From: Balamuthia mandrillaris
Taxonomy: Eukaryota
Length of the DNA: 41,851 bases
Direction: 5' to 3'
Assembly (NCBI GenBank): GCA_031835245.2
Contig: JAVKOQ020000111.1
Coordinates: forward strand, 124,001 to 165,851
Position numbers and translations under genes: made by a program. This document shows positions 39,163 through 41,851 of the stretch, piece after piece; position 1 is the stretch's first letter; the number at the start of each line of letters is the position of its first letter. The notes under the pieces were generated by a model. It searched no databases. It had not been told where the DNA came from and saw nothing but the letters and a program-made list of their open reading frames with translations.

Positions 39163-39289
39163 TGTGTGTGTGCTCTTCTGCTTTGCTGCTACTCCCTTTC
39201 TCTTCTCTTTCACTTCTTTTCGTCACTTTGTTTTTATGGATGACCCCTCCAACAAGGACGCAAATTTTTGTTGGCAGGAATTCGTCCAT

Positions 39290-39350
39290 GTCGACACGTT
39301 ATGAAATGTCGACGTTTCATATGGCTACTTTGGGGGTGCGGCATGTCGAC
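39290..39350. promoter_or_regulatory. Three ATGTCGAC motifs in a divergent promoter
   Basis: GTCGAC at 39290, 39308 and 39345, between RPT1 (-) and the gene at 39578 (+). Confidence 0.58.
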
Positions 39351-39577
39351 AAAATATTTAAGGTGGTTACCGAATGAGTCGCCTTAAATTTGAACCAATC
39401 AAATTCGATCGTCCATTATAGAATTATCTTTTTGATTTGATTTTTATTACTATCAGACAACACACCGGGGGCAGAAAAAAGCCGTTATTTTCTTCTTTAT
39501 CAAACCAAAAGCTCCGACAACACTAACCACACACACACACACACACACACACTTTGTCTGTCCCTTTAAACAACCCA

Positions 39578-40990
39578 ATGGCTCACGTACTCGCCGGCTC
39601 GAACGACCTGGAAAAGCTGGAGGACCTCTCCAGCAAGACCTACAAGGAACAGGCCATTTGGTTCCTCAACGCCTTTTGGGACAAGCACAAGGAGGAGGCG
39701 GAGAGGCTGTGGAAGTTCAAGCACCAGTGCGACGAGCTGGACCACGCCAAAAAGTCCGAGGGCTGCGCGCTGGACGAGCTGCAGGCTCACCGCTTCTTGG
39801 AGAAGTTCCAAGAGACCATGACCGTTCAGTCCATGAGGGACAAGCTGCGGTCCACGGGAGCCATCGGTGCCAAGGTCAAGCTGGTCCCCTTGATCCACAT
39901 CCTCATCATCCGTTTCAACGTGGACTGGCACGAGCTGGTCAATGCCCCTCAAGGCAGCAAGGAGGAGATCGACAGAGCCCAAAAGCTGTTTGACGAGGTG
40001 CAGGCTGCTTTCCAGGAGGCCGAGGCCCGCGCAGAGGAGGCCGCTGCTGCCTTGAAGGAAGCTCAGGCAAGAGAGGCTGCTGCCAAGGCCAGAGAAGCCG
40101 ACGCTCTCGCTCGCGAGGCTGATGCCAAGGCGAGAGAGGCGGAAGCCAAGGAGAGAGAGGCGGAGGCCATTGCCAGGGAGCAAGAGGCCAAGGCGAGAGA
40201 GGCGGAAGCCATTCAGAGAGAGGCCGATGCCAAGGCCAGAGAAGCCGACGCTCGTGCCAACGAGGCCAGGGCCAAGGAGCAGGAGGCCGAGGCAGTGGCC
40301 AAGGAGGAGGAGCTGAGGGCGGCCAAGGAGGAGCAGGAAGCAGCATTGGCGGAGGTGAAGGCCCAAGAGGATGCCTACAACAACAAGACGGCGGAGCTGA
40401 AGAGGGCCAGCGAGGAAGGCGGTTTGGTCTCTCGCAACAAGGCCAAGAACGAGCTGGCCCAACACTTGCAGGAGGACCCTCTCCCCTTGCGTCGTGCCAA
40501 GATCACCCTGGAGGCTGCTGTGAAGAAGGCTGAGAAGGCTGCTCAGATCGCTGCTGATGCTCGCTCTGCTGCGGAGGCCTCCGCCAGAGAGGCCGAAGCC
40601 TCCAGAGCCGCCGCTGAGAAGTCGGCAAGAGAGGCGGAGCAAGCTCGTGCCGCTGCCCAAGCCGCCGCGCGTGAAGCCGAAAGGGCTCGCGCCAGCGCCG
40701 AGGCAGCTGCTCGCGAGGCCGAGGACGCCAGAGCCGTCGCCGAACAAGCCGCTCGCGAGGCCGAGCAAGCCCGCGCCGAAGCGGAGGAGGCCAGGAGACA
40801 CTCTGAGAGGGCCAAGGAAGCGGCCGAGGCTGCCTTGGAGGAGGCCAAGCGGAAGCTGGAGGAGGCGGAGGCCTACCTGGAGGAGGCCAAGAAGACGCTG
40901 CCCGAGGGCCAGATCTGGTGGATGGAACGGGAGCTGCACGAGAGGAGGGCCTACTTGCCTCAAAGCAAGGGAGGCTTCCGCCGAAACTAA
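39578..40990 (+). CDS. Calcium-regulated actin-bundling protein family (ABP34-like, often annotated TolA-like) with expanded Ala/Glu heptad repeats
   Basis: YKEQAIWFLNAFW, LDELQAHRFLE, LVNAPQG, KAKNELAQHLQEDPLPLRRAKITLEAA, and tandem AKAREAE-type 7-residue repeats. Intronless with strong GC3 bias. Confidence 0.8.
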   Translation: MAHVLAGSNDLEKLEDLSSKTYKEQAIWFLNAFWDKHKEEAERLWKFKHQCDELDHAKKSEGCALDELQAHRFLEKFQETMTVQSMRDKLRSTGAIGAKVKLVPLIHILIIRFNVDWHELVNAPQGSKEEIDRAQKLFDEVQAAFQEAEARAEEAAAALKEAQAREAAAKAREADALAREADAKAREAEAKEREAEAIAREQEAKAREAEAIQREADAKAREADARANEARAKEQEAEAVAKEEELRAAKEEQEAALAEVKAQEDAYNNKTAELKRASEEGGLVSRNKAKNELAQHLQEDPLPLRRAKITLEAAVKKAEKAAQIAADARSAAEASAREAEASRAAAEKSAREAEQARAAAQAAAREAERARASAEAAAREAEDARAVAEQAAREAEQARAEAEEARRHSERAKEAAEAALEEAKRKLEEAEAYLEEAKKTLPEGQIWWMERELHERRAYLPQSKGGFRRN

Positions 40991-41139
40991 AGTTCTTTCG
41001 CTAGTTGCTGTTTTTTCTGTAAGAGTATTATTATTATATCAAGTTTATAAACTTGTTTAAAAACAAACAAGTTAAAAAGAATCAAAAGAAGAAGGAAAGA
41101 AAGAGTAAGAAAGAAAGGAGCTTTAAGGGTCTTTGTTTT

Positions 41140-41783
41140 TTAGTTCTCATTCTTGGTGGCCAAATAGGAGGTAAACATGCTCTTCAACTCTGCCAACTCC
41201 TCGCGAGCGCTCTTCAGTTCGCTCTCGAGCTCCTGCACCTTGTTGGACAATACTTCCACGGCAGCCCTATCCGCTCTCCTCAGCTCCATGGTGGTGCCGT
41301 CCGTGACCGTTCCCTCGACATAGACGTTGCCTTTGATGTAGAGGTCGCCAGTATCGTCCATCATCAAAGAGGTCTCAAGGGAGTCACAACCGTTGTTTGT
41401 GGAGAAGGCGCCCGTGCCGATGGCGAAGATGGGGGTGCCGCTGCCCGTGAGGCTCTCCGCGGTTGCGTTGTTGCAAACGCCAAAGACGACGCCACCAACG
41501 GTATTGGTGCGGACATTTACGCCGTGGGCAAAAGAGCCAGTGGCCAAGGCCTCCACATTACCAAGGTGGGCTGATGATGAAAAAGAAGGAAAACACTTAA
41601 ACAAACAGCTAACAACCAAGAGATGCATAAAACAGAAGAGAGAAAGGGAGTCCAGAGAGAAACCAAAGAGGGAGAAGAGGACACAATGAGGGAACGGGAG
41701 AAAGTAAAGAAGAAGGACAGCAGTACCTAATCCAGACGCATGAGCACCATCAGCAAACGCTTCAAGAGTACCGTTAAACAAAG
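41140..41783 (-). CDS. 3' end of a gene with YadA-head/tail-fibre-like Gly-Ala repeats and a C-terminal coiled coil (5' part outside the window)
   Basis: 57-nt exon at 41727-41783 (LFNGTLEAFADGAHASGL). The last exon reads HLGNVEALATGSFAHGVNV..VFGVCN..PIFAIGTG..GDLYIKGNVYVEG..coiled coil. Stop at 41140. Confidence 0.7.
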
Positions 41784-41851
41784 CTAAAAGAGAAAAAGCA
41801 TTAAGGTGTTAACCAGTTATAAACACTGCTTGGCTGAAGAAAGAAAGAGAG

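Noticed and set aside
39566..40963. 465-aa antisense ORF
   Set aside because: It is a shadow of the GC3-rich, repetitive sense gene and has no protein-like motifs.

Overview
Gene-dense, intron-rich eukaryotic genomic DNA. Introns are short GT-AG introns packed with (CT)n/(TTC)n tracts. Gene content and style point to a free-living amoebozoan, Balamuthia/Acanthamoeba-like (inference). I reconstruct about 19 spliced or single-exon genes by hand. Housekeeping genes: an SLC25 mitochondrial carrier, serine palmitoyltransferase LCB1, a Cys/Thr proline-racemase-family enzyme, TspO, a Deg/HtrA protease, proteasome RPT1 and an ABP34-like actin-bundling protein. There are five paralogous single-pass surface proteins sharing a membrane-proximal 'KWS...W...DPDxxxL' domain, two tandem pairs of small orphan genes, an atypical Rho protein with natural G12V/Q61G-type substitutions, and a partial YadA/tail-fibre-like repeat gene. 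The most striking item is one gene (14823-18922, minus) that fuses a bacterial TagB/TagF-like (CDP-glycerol glycerophosphotransferase, GT-B) domain to a complete TTLL12, with the junction inside a single exon. A palindromic (T)GTCGAC(A) motif clusters in the short upstream and divergent intergenic regions and is a candidate promoter element. No tRNA, rRNA, CRISPR array or transposase was recognised. Many long ORFs in the supplied track are microsatellite or antisense artefacts. All gene models and family calls come from reading the sequence by eye, not from searches.
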